A DNA stretch of 10,052 nt from an uncultured Nitrososphaerales archaeon (GTDB lineage Archaea; Thermoproteota; Nitrososphaeria; Nitrososphaerales; Nitrososphaeraceae), in contig CAVOHZ010000007.1 of assembly GCA_963695855.1 (NCBI GenBank), positions 1 through 10,052 of the forward strand, in the 5' to 3' direction. The translations under genes and the position numbers were made by a program. Positions 1 to 7,646 of the stretch are shown piece by piece (position 1 is the first letter of the stretch; every line of letters starts with the position of its first letter). The notes below the pieces were generated by a model, which worked only from the letters and a program-made list of their open reading frames with translations, was not told the DNA's origin and made no database searches.

Positions 1-42
1 TATTATTTATTAAATGTTATACATCTAGTACACATTTTTCTA

Positions 43-50
43 AATTTTGC
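43..50 (+). repeat. Target-site duplication AATTTTGC of the IS5 element (partner at 1069-1076)
   Basis: Exact 8-bp direct repeat abutting both terminal IRs. Confidence 0.88.
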
Positions 51-1068
51 TGCTCTGTTGCGTAACTCGTCTAGATAATCATCTATTTTTTGTTACTAAG
101 GTAAATTATGTAACCCTTATACTTTGAAACCAGTTATACAAAGACGCTTTCAGTATTATCTCCTTTATCATGTTCTCAAATCTTATAGCAGTAACATATT
201 CGCCAAACATTCTCTTAATACAGGAAAAGACAGTTTCTACAATCCATCTTTGTCCATAGTCTACACTATCCTTCCATTGTTGTAGATTGGTTTTCTGTGA
301 TTGTACGTTCTTGTTTCTCAAATAATGGTTTGTCTTTCTATACTTGGCATTCTTTCTTACCTTAATTGCTGGTTGAATTCCTTTAAATGATAGAAATTGA
401 AAATTCTTGTTACTGTCATAGGCACCATCCATAATGGCAGTTTCAACTACTTTGTTCTGTTTTATAGTTATATCACCCACTAATTTAGGTAATACTTTTC
501 CATCATGCACTTCTTCACTGGTTACATGTAATGATAGAATTCTCTTCTTTTTTATGTCAACTGCTATATGTATTTTGAGATAACCTCTTTTTACTTTCCA
601 TTTGTGCCTAATCCATTCTCCTCTGTTTGTAACTTTAACACCAGTAGAATCAATTACAATTACAAAATTATTATCATGTTGTAAAATGGATTTATCCTGA
701 TCATCATCATCTATTTTGATATCTAATCTGTTTATTCTTCTGCAAATCCCGCTATAATCTGGAATTGATGGTAACGTATTTGCAGCATGAGCTGGTACAA
801 TACCCTCAGTTTGTCTGTATGGTAAATGAAAATATGCTCTCACATATCCAAGTAGTTTGATGAATGAATCTGGGTATACAAATTTTCTACCTTCTTTGTA
901 TTCATTCATCTTCTCTAGTTCAGAATCCCAGTTATCTATAACATCAAAATCAAGTAATACCTCACCACGTTTAACAAGAGATTCATTGTACCTCTTCCAG
1001 TTCACATGTATTATGACTAGAATAGGTTAGCTAAATGTGTTAGGAATAGCGAGTTACGCAACAAAGCA
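51..1068 (-). mobile_element. IS5-family insertion sequence (ISH1-like subgroup), complete, 1018 bp
   Basis: Terminal inverted repeats TGCTCTGTTGCGTAACTCG (51-69) and CGAGTTACGCAACAAAGCA (1050-1068) match at 18/19. An 8-bp direct repeat AATTTTGC flanks it (43-50 and 1069-1076). One DDE transposase ORF inside. Confidence 0.93.
106..1005 (-). CDS. IS5-family DDE transposase, 299 aa, GTG start
   Basis: N-terminal NWxxYNxSLVxRG motif of IS903/ISH1-type transposases; DDE motifs IVIDSTG, MDGAYD and YGQRWIVETVFSCIK (Y-2-R-3-E-6-K); also KIHIAVD. ORF is intact and lies between the IRs. Confidence 0.95.
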   Translation of the reverse strand: MNWKRYNESLVKRGEVLLDFDVIDNWDSELEKMNEYKEGRKFVYPDSFIKLLGYVRAYFHLPYRQTEGIVPAHAANTLPSIPDYSGICRRINRLDIKIDDDDQDKSILQHDNNFVIVIDSTGVKVTNRGEWIRHKWKVKRGYLKIHIAVDIKKKRILSLHVTSEEVHDGKVLPKLVGDITIKQNKVVETAIMDGAYDSNKNFQFLSFKGIQPAIKVRKNAKYRKTNHYLRNKNVQSQKTNLQQWKDSVDYGQRWIVETVFSCIKRMFGEYVTAIRFENMIKEIILKASLYNWFQSIRVT

Positions 1069-1753
1069 AATTTTGCAATAACTGTGGGAATAAATTAAGA
1101 AATGATCTTTCACGTTCCGCAAATAGTAAGCACGTTTTAGATTAGCTATGGTACGAGATAACCATCATCTCATAGAAATAAGTTCGACTATTGACGGCTA
1201 CTGGAATTCAACTAACAAAAAACTTCAAAATTTGGGAGACGGATGACAAATAATTTGAACATATTGGCACTTTATTAAAGAAATTAGTGAATCATCGGTA
1301 GTTATTGTGAAAACTTTATTTTGATCTATGCTACTTTCTACTCATGAAAAATTACTGGACCATCTGTGATACTGACATACATGCAGTGAAAGAGCGATCT
1401 AGAGATATGTCAATCTATCAGATGGTTTCACACTATGAAATTCCGGGTAGAGAACGGGACGAAGACAATGGCAGTTTGTGACAATGCGATGACGTCGGGG
1501 AAGGTTATTTTGTTTATTATGGCGCGGCAGATTCAGCTTCGGTAGGCGAGACGAGTAGACATGGCTGCCTTTGATGTTATCCGCTTGCTGCAAGGCCTGC
1601 AAAGAAGCCCGCTTCCTACAATGAATTGGCCACCCTTCGTGGATGAGACCAGCGATCCTACCGATTATAAACAACGTAGTAGGATTGTGTCTATACGTAG
1701 GACCTTTTGTAAATCTGTATTCAGCAACGTAGACATTGCTTTACTCGATGTGG

Positions 1754-1763
1754 GTGAGGAGGA
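1754..1763 (+). promoter_or_regulatory. Shine-Dalgarno-like ribosome binding site GTGAGGAGGA
   Basis: Strong purine-rich motif 8 nt upstream of TTG 1772. Confidence 0.6.
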
Positions 1764-1771
1764 TAGGATTC

Positions 1772-3598
1772 TTGCCAAAATTTGAAGCGTACCATGGAAA
1801 AACCCGTCAATATCACCAAAGCCGTTTCGATGTGCTTTCGAAAAAATGGCGAATGATTTCCTTGAGTGTCCATGGAAGCCCATCAAGTCCGCTATATTCT
1901 GCAGTTTGGATAATGGAATCTGGACCAAGATATGTGGCCGTTAACGATCTGCCAATCAGCAAATATCAAAAATGGTACGATGATCAGTATGCCCTGGGCT
2001 ACAAACCTGCTCTAGTCTCTGCTACAGGAAGCCGTACCAATGCTGTGGTGGCAGCCGTTTTTGAGAAGAGGCCTAACAATGATTTTATTGCAAAACACGG
2101 ACTGGTCAATGGTGATGAAAGGGACAAAACTACGATAGAATTCTGGTGCAAGGAATCACAGCGTAACGGAATGGTACTGCGTTCAGGTTCAATTTACGGA
2201 TCTTCCTCACAGAGATTGTACATAGCTGTGTGGCATAAGCAACCAGAGGCACAATGGAATTGGCGCCTAGCTGAAGATGCGAATTGGCACCAGACTTGGT
2301 TCGATGCATTTCGCAAAGTACCACTTCGGCCAGGGTTTGTGACCCTTTCAGAACACCAAATTTATCTTTCCGCGTTTCGCAATGATCCAATTGGTACATG
2401 GCACGCCCACCATAAAATGACAAGTGACCAGTATCAGATTGAATTCGAGAAATACAAGAAGAATGGATACTATCCAATATGTGTTCAGGGTGGCGGTGTG
2501 GGTTCAAACACCCGATACGCAGCTATATTCGCAAAGACACATATCCCGCTGCTCCGCAAATGGACAGTACGTGGATCAGGACTTTCCAAATTTGACACTG
2601 CCATCAAGGAATTCATGTTGAAACATGCGATTAGGGCAGGCCAGCTAAGTATTGCAAAGAATGGCACATTCAAAGCAGAGCGCGCCTATACATGGGCCGA
2701 TGATGGATACCGGATTACTGAAACAAATTATCTAATGCGAATTGCGAGCTTAAGTAAGATGTTCACTCGCGCTTGTATTCAGAGGTTGTACGATGACGGA
2801 TCTGTTACACCCACCACTAGGGTCTTTCAGAGGCTTGGAATCACACAGAAAGCCTTGAACTCACAGACGGTCGATTCTCGCGTTAATGATATAGAAGTAG
2901 AACATCTAGTAGATCATAAGGGTGGATGGGATCGTGCTAAAGCAGGAGATTATGTTTTCAAGATGAGAAAAATAGCAAATGATCTAGGACTTAGCGGCCC
3001 TCCTACAAAGTTCGACATGGTGCGCTACATGTACGGAGAGCCAATACAGTACGATCCAGGTACTGTGGTCTCGCCTTTAGCCTACTCAAATATTGGCTAT
3101 ACAACGCTTGCTTATCTTATAGAAGTAGTCACAGGAAAGAGTTACGAAAATTATCTAAGGAATACCATTCTTAAACCGGATGGAATTACAGCAGTGCGAC
3201 TAGCACGAACATTGCAAAGTCAGAAATACGCCAATGAAGTTTCGTACGATGATCCCAATGTATGGTACTCTGCCGCCGAGCCTACAAAGGATAAACTTAC
3301 TGCCTTTTGCCATGGCGGAGAGGGATGGGTAACTGAGGCGATGGACGGTAGTGGTGGATTATGTGCCACAGCGTCTGCGCTTGTAGAGTTTATCCGTCTG
3401 CATGCGGTTTGGGGTCTTGGGGGAAGAGTAGTGAGTGCACGCACTGGAGGTATGGCAGGTGTAACCAGCCTGGCGGAATCCCGTTCTGATGGTGTAGATT
3501 TCGCATTTATCTTCAATTCTCGGCATAACATGCCCTATAAAACTGCAGATAATTTCGCAATAAAACTGAATGGCTTGCTGAACTCTGCTGTGTTATAA
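1772..3598 (+). CDS. Serine hydrolase of the beta-lactamase/transpeptidase fold with five N-terminal tandem repeats (BTRD1 / polyglycine-hydrolase-like), ~608 aa
   Basis: Catalytic motifs RIASLSKMF (SxxK), LVDHKGG, AYSNIGY (YxN) and RTGGMAG. N-terminal ~45-50 aa repeats begin FEAYHG, YVAVND, FIAKHG, WNWRLA, WHAHHK and end YSAVW, VAAVF, YIAVW, YLSAF, YAAIF. The ORF track starts at 1736; TTG at 1772 is preferred because GTGAGGAGGA (1754-1763) precedes it and repeat 1 starts right after. Confidence 0.9.
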   Translation: MPKFEAYHGKTRQYHQSRFDVLSKKWRMISLSVHGSPSSPLYSAVWIMESGPRYVAVNDLPISKYQKWYDDQYALGYKPALVSATGSRTNAVVAAVFEKRPNNDFIAKHGLVNGDERDKTTIEFWCKESQRNGMVLRSGSIYGSSSQRLYIAVWHKQPEAQWNWRLAEDANWHQTWFDAFRKVPLRPGFVTLSEHQIYLSAFRNDPIGTWHAHHKMTSDQYQIEFEKYKKNGYYPICVQGGGVGSNTRYAAIFAKTHIPLLRKWTVRGSGLSKFDTAIKEFMLKHAIRAGQLSIAKNGTFKAERAYTWADDGYRITETNYLMRIASLSKMFTRACIQRLYDDGSVTPTTRVFQRLGITQKALNSQTVDSRVNDIEVEHLVDHKGGWDRAKAGDYVFKMRKIANDLGLSGPPTKFDMVRYMYGEPIQYDPGTVVSPLAYSNIGYTTLAYLIEVVTGKSYENYLRNTILKPDGITAVRLARTLQSQKYANEVSYDDPNVWYSAAEPTKDKLTAFCHGGEGWVTEAMDGSGGLCATASALVEFIRLHAVWGLGGRVVSARTGGMAGVTSLAESRSDGVDFAFIFNSRHNMPYKTADNFAIKLNGLLNSAVL

Positions 3599-3870
3599 GC
3601 CATGTCCTGACCTGGATTTGAAACTTACATTATTCGCTGCTCCAATAGTGAATCTCCAGAATATCCCTATGCTTCCAGAATATGTGTATAAACTATCACA
3701 AAGAACAAGATCCATATAAAAAAAGTTCAAATCTTAACACAGATTATTAGCATTCAACCATACCTATCAAGTTATTATTACAAGACTCCTAAAGCGATTG
3801 AAAGAGTGAAACAACAACAATTCTACACCTGTAACGAGTGAAACATAAATTAATAATTAGTTAGTTTGAA

Positions 3871-4643
3871 TTGCATATCCTGACACCGGATAGAAAAGGC
3901 GTACATCTTTTGGAACAATTGCTTTATAATATATATGACAAGTCAGCAACGTTAAAAAATTTCAGATTAAAAGATATTCTATCCTATGGATATGATATTA
4001 AGTCACGCGGCGATGAAAAAATAGACTTGGATTATCAATATGACGCTATACATAGTCAACCAAAGAGCAATATAGATTATCTTATTTTCAAAATTTTAGA
4101 TGTGAAAAAAAAGAGGTACTTGATGAATTTGATAAATTTGAAAAGGAATTTTTCGAAAGGAGGATATTTATCACAAAATTTCTTTCAGGACTGCGTCAGT
4201 ATTATGAAGATGGGGATATCCTGAATAATGAACTGAACACTATATGGGAAAAAGGAATTATGTACTGTCATCTATTAATGCTTACAATGTTCAAGTCAGA
4301 AAAAGAAGATGAATTAATAGTATATTGAACGAATTTAATGCACGTATGCAAAAAAATTTCGACCAAATTAGAAAATTCGATTCTACACTAGGTAAAGGAA
4401 AAATTGAAATAAAATAATAAAAAGCATTTTAATAGGTTATTAATGTTTATGATTAGAAGTAAAACTTGAGAGTATTCCAACAAGAACGTTCTATCTATTA
4501 ATGGCATCATTCTGGAGTAGAAGTTAGAAAATATTGATATTGACCAACAAATAACTCCTGAAAAGAAAAATAGACAAGATTTCTTCTATTACCATAAGAT
4601 TTATTTGGTTATCGAAGCCATCGATTTGAGCATCCGCGAATAA
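3871..4643 (+). pseudogene. Fragmented gene of unknown function, charged and helical
   Basis: ORF 3871-4224 reads as protein up to the A8 run (4105-4112). The -1 frame then gives EVLDEFDKFEKEFFERRIFITKFLSGLRQYYEDGDILNNELNTIWEKG (stop 4326-4328). Further fragments INSILNEFNARMQKNFDQIRKFDSTLGKGKIEIK and ENIDIDQQITPEKKNRQDFFYYHKIYLVIEAIDLSIRE follow. No family recognised; the 3' boundary is uncertain. Confidence 0.45.
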
Positions 4644-4653
4644 TTCTATAAAA

Positions 4654-5166
4654 TTAATTTTTCTCTAACAGTTTGAATAATTTTTTCATTTCTCTTTCAT
4701 TATTGAAATCTATAGGTATAAAATTCAAAATCCTTATTTTTTTCTTTAATGCACTTATCAGAAAAACATCTGCTGAAAGAAAAGTGTTACACTCTGAAAG
4801 AAATGCTATAAAGATATGCAGAGCATCGGATGCATTTATCAAATTTATATCTTGGATTATAACTCGAGAGGCGATAATATGTTTTCTTCAATAGGATATA
4901 ATTCTAATTGATTTTGCCGTAGTTTTTCTTAGCAAATTTGTAATTGCATTTAAAATATGAAATGCTTCATTGTTCGTGATTCTTTTTTCAATAATTTTTC
5001 TTTCAATAACTGCGATACATTCATTTATTACCCAATCTGATATTACCAAAAGTACTTTATCGTTATTAGCAAGGTCTTCTAATTTTTGGGCAATATCGCT
5101 TCTGCTTTCATCTAAAAACAATTTTAAAAAAACGTTCGTATCAAGATATATTTTGTTTAATTTCAA
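4654..5166 (-). pseudogene. vapC: PIN-domain VapC-type toxin, interrupted
   Basis: PIN motifs IYLDTNVF, VISDWVINEC, ASDALHIFIA and FLSAD are split across ORFs 4888-5166 and 4654-4842, which share one frame with a single TGA at 4888-4890. Confidence 0.88.
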
Positions 5167-5186
5167 TTTTAAAATGTCAAATACTA

Positions 5187-5378
5187 CTACTTCTTTCTTT
5201 CTTCAATCCTTGTTTTAATAGAAGTATCCGATAATGAACCTGCTTTTTTTAAAATCATTTTTAACTTCTTTTCGTCAGTTTTGAAATTTTTTATTCCTAA
5301 ATCTTCTTTAAGTCCGTCAATATCCTTTAATGCCTCCTCTTTTGATAAGGGTTTCAATCCATTAGAACTATTAATCAT
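5187..5378 (-). CDS. Putative VapB-like antitoxin, 63 aa
   Basis: Small charged protein ending 20 nt upstream of the PIN gene on the same strand. C-terminal GSLSDTSIKTRIEER resembles the S-x-x-I-x-x-x-R-E-E-R tail of archaeal VapB antitoxins. Confidence 0.65.
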   Translation of the reverse strand: MINSSNGLKPLSKEEALKDIDGLKEDLGIKNFKTDEKKLKMILKKAGSLSDTSIKTRIEERKK

Positions 5379-5682
5379 CTTCTTTAATGATGTGGAAATG
5401 TGATAGAAGACATCGGAATAATTACTTGTTATAAGTGGCTGATAAACGTTATGTCATGTTATATGTAAATATAAAAATAGAAATCATGTATTCCATAATT
5501 AATGGTTTTAAGTCGTTCTACAACAACACGATTTCTACAGCCGAAATCCTAACAATCAAATTGAGAATTATCTTTAACACAGTGAATGAGATCCATTATT
5601 AGATTTTAATAAATCTCTTTTATAGAAATAATCATATTGCCAAATAAAGTTAATATATTATGTTACCGAACCCTGATATAAT

Positions 5683-5730
5683 GAGAGTTCGAAGCCCTCC
5701 GAGCCCGTATACTAGTAGGGTTCAATAACA
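5683..5730 (+). repeat. tRNA 3'-end remnant plus trailer (att-like site), copy 1
   Basis: GAGAG-TTCGAAG-CCCTC forms a T arm with one stem mismatch, then the acceptor 3' strand CGAGCCC and discriminator G (5707). No 5' tRNA half upstream. 5696-5730 matches 6971-7005 at 32/35. Confidence 0.8.
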
Positions 5731-5845
5731 TTTAACAAATTAATTTTATTTTTCTAAAGATTTGACTTCTATAATTGAGAGTTTAAGAACAAATATTTTC
5801 AACTCAAGAAATAACATTATTTCAAACTATTTTTTTAATTCTATT

Positions 5846-6034
5846 TTAAGATGGAATTAATCCTATTTTCGGATCATTATGAAATGCACAAAAATTAGCA
5901 TAACTAGGGTATTTTTCATGACATAGTGGACAATATTTTTTAGTTTCAGTTAATATATTTTCCCAGTCAAATTCTTCGCCACAACAGAGACAATTATTTC
6001 TTACAAAGATATTTTCTGAAGCAGCAGTTACCAA
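5846..6034 (-). CDS. Small double zinc-ribbon-like protein or 3' remnant of a larger gene
   Basis: CLCC, CPLC and CAFH motifs, with a KYCPLC...ANFC pattern typical of zinc-ribbon domains. Weak TTG start, so it may be truncated. Confidence 0.5.
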   Translation of the reverse strand: MVTAASENIFVRNNCLCCGEEFDWENILTETKKYCPLCHEKYPSYANFCAFHNDPKIGLIPS

Positions 6035-6094
6035 TCTTGAAAAGCTTCAAGCTCTAGGCTTAGAATTTGATTTAGTATATTCAAGTACTCCAAC

Positions 6095-6652
6095 CTATTT
6101 GGTAGATTCTATCCCCTTTTTGAAAAGGTTATACTGTCTGAGTAATCGCCTATTCAATCCTATTACTATGCCTCCGCTGATAATTAGAGAAATATTAGTT
6201 ACTAATATCGCTATCAAAATAATTGGAGTATCATTCACTAGCTGGGCATACTCTTCTACGTGTCTATAGAACGAGGCTGATCCAAGGAATATAATAGAAA
6301 CAGAAATGCGCAAAACCAGCGAAGTAATGAAGACAATTTGAATATATAATCCACCTTTTGAATAAATAGAGCCGTCAGATCCTCTCCAAAACGAAATTTT
6401 TACATAATGGTATGTAAGAAATTCAGCACCTATAAATATAATTATAAAGACAGGGAGAAATAAGACTGGAATGCCAATAAGGAAAGAGTTTAAAATAAAG
6501 TAAGAAACAAATATTGAAAAAACGATGGAAATCGCTATCAATACAGTCCTGTTCACCTTTGATCCCTCATGCGCCTTTCTTATCTTTAATATAGCAACTA
6601 AAGCGGTAACTATTATTGGAATCAAAGTAATCAAGTCAAAAGAACTGGACAT
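6095..6652 (-). CDS. Integral membrane protein, DUF1453/CcdC-like, 185 aa
   Basis: About five hydrophobic segments. The loop KISFWRGSDGSIYSKGG followed by a helix ending LVLRI resembles DUF1453/CcdC proteins. Family assigned by motif recall only. Confidence 0.65.
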   Translation of the reverse strand: MSSSFDLITLIPIIVTALVAILKIRKAHEGSKVNRTVLIAISIVFSIFVSYFILNSFLIGIPVLFLPVFIIIFIGAEFLTYHYVKISFWRGSDGSIYSKGGLYIQIVFITSLVLRISVSIIFLGSASFYRHVEEYAQLVNDTPIILIAILVTNISLIISGGIVIGLNRRLLRQYNLFKKGIESTK

Positions 6653-6960
6653 CTAATGAAAAAAGTGAACTAGAATTATAAAAAGTCTATTTTACAGATA
6701 TCCATTTGTCAAAATATTGTAATAGGATCTATTAAAATTTTAAGGTTGATATGATTCTAGTAAATAAATTAGGATTTAATGAATCGACAAAATTTTTGTT
6801 CTAAAAATTTTTTATTTAATTTCTAAAAACTTTCTGTTTGTTCAAATAAATAGTTCATTATTTCTAAAGAAATAAAAGGTATAGATTTGCTTCATTTCTT
6901 AAACTCAAGTTTCTATTTGATATTTTATTTTTATCTGAACTACAAAATTGTGTCAAAATC

Positions 6961-7005
6961 AGTTCACACACCTCCGAGCCCGTATACTGGCAGGATTCAA
7001 TAACA
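6961..7005 (+). repeat. tRNA 3'-end remnant plus trailer (att-like site), copy 2
   Basis: AGTTCACACACCTCCGAGCCCGTATACTGGCAGGATTCAATAACA matches 5686-5730 at 38/45, including an exact 18-mer CCTCCGAGCCCGTATACT. Confidence 0.8.
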
Positions 7006-7103
7006 GTTTCTAGTTTAATTCAAAAATAAATGTGAATATTAGAAAACTTACTATTGAAATTTGAAAAAGTAGATATTAAATAATTTGATAAACTAAAGGC
7101 AGT

Positions 7104-7334
7104 ATGAATTCAATAGTAATTACATCTTTTATTGCATTTGCTATAATTTCCGTAATGCTAACAGTATTTGAAAATGTGTTTGGACAAGGAGAGGAGGCAG
7201 AGCAAAGACAGGATCAATCACCACCAACATTAGATGATAATAACAATGGAAGAATTATTAGTGAAGAAATTTGTCCGCCATATTGCAGCCCACCTCCTCC
7301 GATACAAGAGTTACCACAAGAGCAACCACCATAA
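7104..7334 (+). CDS. Small secreted or membrane-anchored acidic, Pro-rich hypothetical protein, 76 aa
   Basis: Hydrophobic N-terminus ending VFG-Q (signal-peptide-like), acidic linker, CPPYC motif and Pro/Gln-rich tail. Clearly less AT-rich than its flanks. Confidence 0.7.
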   Translation: MNSIVITSFIAFAIISVMLTVFENVFGQGEEAEQRQDQSPPTLDDNNNGRIISEEICPPYCSPPPPIQELPQEQPP

Positions 7335-7646
7335 TTTTATTTGCACTTTCCGTATGTTATAATTTCAAGTATCTCTCTTGTTTGTAATAGATTCTAATAT
7401 TAGAAATAGTAAAATATATTTTATTTCATTTCATTTACGTTTTTAAAATTAGATAAATTTTATAATTATATTAGATATTATATTTTTAGCATTAAATATT
7501 GACTTTAATTTTCTGATTGAAAGATATGATGAATATAATAAATAAATACATAAAATTATAATAACATTATTGACATTTCATCCATCTCAATGATATATTA
7601 TTTTATTTAATAAAGATACAATAATCAGAATGTCTCTTAAATTGAT

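Noticed and set aside
1561-1785. 74-aa ORF as a standalone gene or frameshifted N-terminus of the hydrolase
   Set aside because: No recognisable domain or signal peptide; the hydrolase has its own SD and start at 1772. Kept only as unexplained sequence.
1399-3531. ORFs 1399-1674(-), 1665-1928(-), 2130-2507(-), 2424-2621(+), 2485-2673(-) and 3220-3531(-)
   Set aside because: Antisense or off-frame shadows in the GC-richer block, mostly overlapping the hydrolase; no recognisable motifs.
3655-3683. 10-bp direct repeat TCCAGAATAT (3655-3664, 3674-3683) near the GC/AT boundary
   Set aside because: Short, two copies only, and no matching copy seen at the left edge of the GC-richer block.
4888-4890. 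Selenocysteine or readthrough at the in-frame TGA of vapC
   Set aside because: Not a Cys-equivalent catalytic position, and the alternative frame gives a better PIN-like sequence.
4673-5218. Hydrophobic-looking ORFs 4673-4894(+) and 4970-5218(+)
   Set aside because: Antisense to vapC; the F/I/L richness mirrors K/E/N codons on the coding strand.
5640-5707. Complete tRNA gene
   Set aside because: Only the T arm and acceptor 3' strand are present; no GGGCTCG 5' strand, D arm or anticodon arm upstream.
5696-7005. CRISPR array from the 35-bp repeats
   Set aside because: Only two copies, 1275 bp apart, with genes between them and no cas genes; tRNA origin explains them better.
7335-7646. Extremely AT-rich intergenic tract as an origin or ncRNA
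   Set aside because: No repeated ORB-like boxes or stable structure seen; TATA-like words are too frequent here to call a specific promoter.
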